Source: Amoebidium appalachense (lineage: Eukaryota > Protista > Ichthyosporea). From it: a stretch of 64,000 bases of DNA. Below, piece after piece: positions 62,083-64,000 of this stretch (positions are counted from its first letter, which is position 1; each line of letters starts with the position of its first letter). The stretch lies in assembly GCA_963693365.1 (NCBI GenBank), contig CAVNZM010000012.1, positions 8,994,001-9,058,000 of the forward strand, in the 5' to 3' direction. Position numbers and translations under genes: made by a program. The notes under the pieces are model-generated. The model did no database searches. It saw only the letters and a program-made list of their open reading frames with translations, and had not been told where the DNA came from.

Positions 62083-63259
62083 CGGTTTGGTCCGACACCT
62101 GTGGGGTTGGTTCCCACTTGTCGCTTACGGGGTCGTATGCACGACCTTCCGCCAGCGCGAACAGTTCGCAGAAGAGCTCGATTTCCATCTCGCATCGGCG
62201 TTTGCGCTCGAGCAGTTTCTCACCAGAAAACATTGGTTCCTTCGTGTCCGTGTCTATCACGCTCGTAGCATCGTTTTCCAACTTTGCGAGGAACTCTTTT
62301 GCCTTGCTGATGCGTACACGACAACGTGTGGCGCACGCATTCTTAGCAGACACTTTACGTTCTTTGTCTGCTTTCTGAATGTTTTCCGGCGCGCATGGGT
62401 CGTAGCTTGGGAGGTGGGTGAAGAAGCTTCCACACCCCTTTGTCGCGTCACGGATGAACGCACGGTTATAGTCGCCCCGTACTGCTACTTCCAGCACATC
62501 GTATCCAATGAAGGACAGACAAAGGATGCGAGAGCACCGGAAGCCGAGAGCCTTGAAGATGGACCACATGGCCCTGTGTGGGCGTCTGCCGTGCTTGACT
62601 TTGAAATACACCCTCTCGTATTTGGGTGGGATGTTGATGTTACCGTTTGCTTGGGTGTTCCCCTTAGCCGGCGGTTTGGGAGGGGAGTTGCGGCGGTACT
62701 CGTTGCCTGCAAGAATGCTGGCATATGTTTCCTTGGCAATTTGGCGGAGCTCGGGTGTTTTACGAGAGTTCGCATATTCTAGGAACTCTGCCGGGAGCTG
62801 TGCTTCCGGTCCTGTGTTGTTTTGTGTTGGGGTGGAAATGTCTCCGTCGCGAGATGTTTGCTCATGAGTTTTGGGGTTTTGCGATCCACTAATGTTTAGC
62901 TGGGCTGTGAGTGAATCAATGGTGAGCTTGAGTTGGGTATTTTCTGTTTGGAGTTTTTCTATCATGTTCTTGAGTGGTAACAGCTCATTTAGCTGTTTCT
63001 TAACGAGGGCAAGTTCTGCCAGTACTGTATCAACCGAAAGTTTCGGCATGGTTGTTATTGTGTTTCTACGGAGTGGTGTGGTGTTATTCTGAATGGGTAG
63101 TGTATTGTAAATAGGTGTTGCGCTTAGTCTAAGGCGATGTTTTTCTGGTTGTGCATCTGTGGTAGGTGTATCTGCTGGACGTTTTAATGGTCGCACATGT
63201 GTGATGGGTGTAGATGGAACTTTGAAAGAGGTTCTGAAACGATTATAGGCATGTGCCAT
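62075..63259 (-). CDS. LINE ORF1, 394 aa, with a coiled coil and a putative RNA-binding domain
   Basis: Intact ORF directly upstream of the APE ORF. Heptad-rich segment VLAELALVKKQLNELLPLKNMIEKLQTENTQLK. Confidence 0.82.
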   Translation of the reverse strand: MAHAYNRFRTSFKVPSTPITHVRPLKRPADTPTTDAQPEKHRLRLSATPIYNTLPIQNNTTPLRRNTITTMPKLSVDTVLAELALVKKQLNELLPLKNMIEKLQTENTQLKLTIDSLTAQLNISGSQNPKTHEQTSRDGDISTPTQNNTGPEAQLPAEFLEYANSRKTPELRQIAKETYASILAGNEYRRNSPPKPPAKGNTQANGNINIPPKYERVYFKVKHGRRPHRAMWSIFKALGFRCSRILCLSFIGYDVLEVAVRGDYNRAFIRDATKGCGSFFTHLPSYDPCAPENIQKADKERKVSAKNACATRCRVRISKAKEFLAKLENDATSVIDTDTKEPMFSGEKLLERKRRCEMEIELFCELFALAEGRAYDPVSDKWEPTPQVSDQTDA

Positions 63260-63364
63260 GACATGGATGGGGGTGTTCCCCGGCCCTTAGGGCCACGGAT
63301 GGCCTGGTTTAGGGGTGGATGCGCGAAGGATACTATTTATTAGCAGATAATAAAAAGCGACATT

Positions 63365-63443
63365 TGAATCGATGTGTGCGACTGAATCGATGTGTGCGAC
63401 TGAAAAGATGTGTGCGACTGAAAAGATGTGTGCGACTGAAAAG
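63365..63443. repeat. 18-bp tandem repeat, about 4 copies
   Basis: TGAA(TC/AA)GATGTGTGCGAC repeated four times. Confidence 0.9.
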
Positions 63444-64000
63444 CATACCTCAGTCACACTTCTCCTTATTTTGGTATCAACGTGCCACCACACATGTCAC
63501 CTCTTTCTCCAGCTGAACACCCCTCCTTCTCCCCCCCCCCCCTCCCCCCCCTCTCCCCCTTCCCCCGCCCACACACGCGCACATCACAAACACAAAACAC
63601 ACATGTACACAAGGCCCACCGTCCCCTCCGCGCTGGATCCGGACGGCTAGTGCGGGACCGGTGCCCTCCCGCCAAAGAGACGCATGCATACACTGACATT
63701 GAGACACCTCTCCACATGTCCCTCTGGGCGCCTCTTCCATCCCTCCCCTCTCTCCTTCGGCGTCCCCGCCCCCCCCCCCCCCCCCCCCCCCCCCCCGCCG
63801 CCGCCCTAGGCCCCCCTCCTCCTCTCCTCCCCCTCCCCCCCCCCCCCACCTCCTTCCCCCGACCTCGACCCCTACCCACGGCTTGGCACAGTACATATGT
63901 ACTCTATTCCTATAGTTCGTGTAAGGGCAGCCCGAGGGTATAATCGAAATGAAGGTCTCCAGTCGGTACTTCTCGACATGACCTCTCAAATTTGTGTCAC

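Larger units (their letters stand above)
56866..63274 (-). mobile_element. Non-LTR retrotransposon (ORF1 plus APE-RT ORF2), near full length and inactivated
   Basis: Poly(A)/A-rich tail at 56866-56942 (T on plus). Candidate 8-bp TSD GTTCCCCG at 56858-56865 and 63275-63282. ORF1 and ORF2 overlap by 8 nt. Confidence 0.9.

Noticed and set aside
63466-63989. Possible gene at the right edge
   Set aside because: The ORFs are dominated by G/C homopolymers, with no recognisable domain or supportable exon chain.

Overview
This is eukaryotic DNA, intron-rich and saturated with (CA)n/(TG)n and poly(C)/poly(G) tracts; the gene set suggests a unicellular opisthokont or protist (inference only). Five spliced host genes were reconstructed by hand with consistent exon phases: DHCR24 (-), an F-box protein with a C-terminal hydrophobic tail (-), V-ATPase proteolipid c (+), THOC1/Hpr1 (+) and DET1 (-), the last apparently with an extra N-terminal Cys/His-rich exon. 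Mobile DNA includes the 5' half of a degenerate Ty3/Gypsy element, a 50-bp satellite, two related MITEs, and a near full-length APE-type LINE interrupted by a 3-LTR tandem TRIM with a copia-type tRNA-iMet PBS. A Naiad/Chlamys-like Penelope RT sits inside a THOC1 intron. The best candidate for a new system is a dispersed, poly(C)-flanked non-coding family, one copy of which lies just downstream of that RT. Its ~120-nt core shows compensatory base changes across copies, consistent with a pseudoknotted RNA and possibly a non-canonical ribozyme. Most ORF-track entries are microsatellite artefacts.
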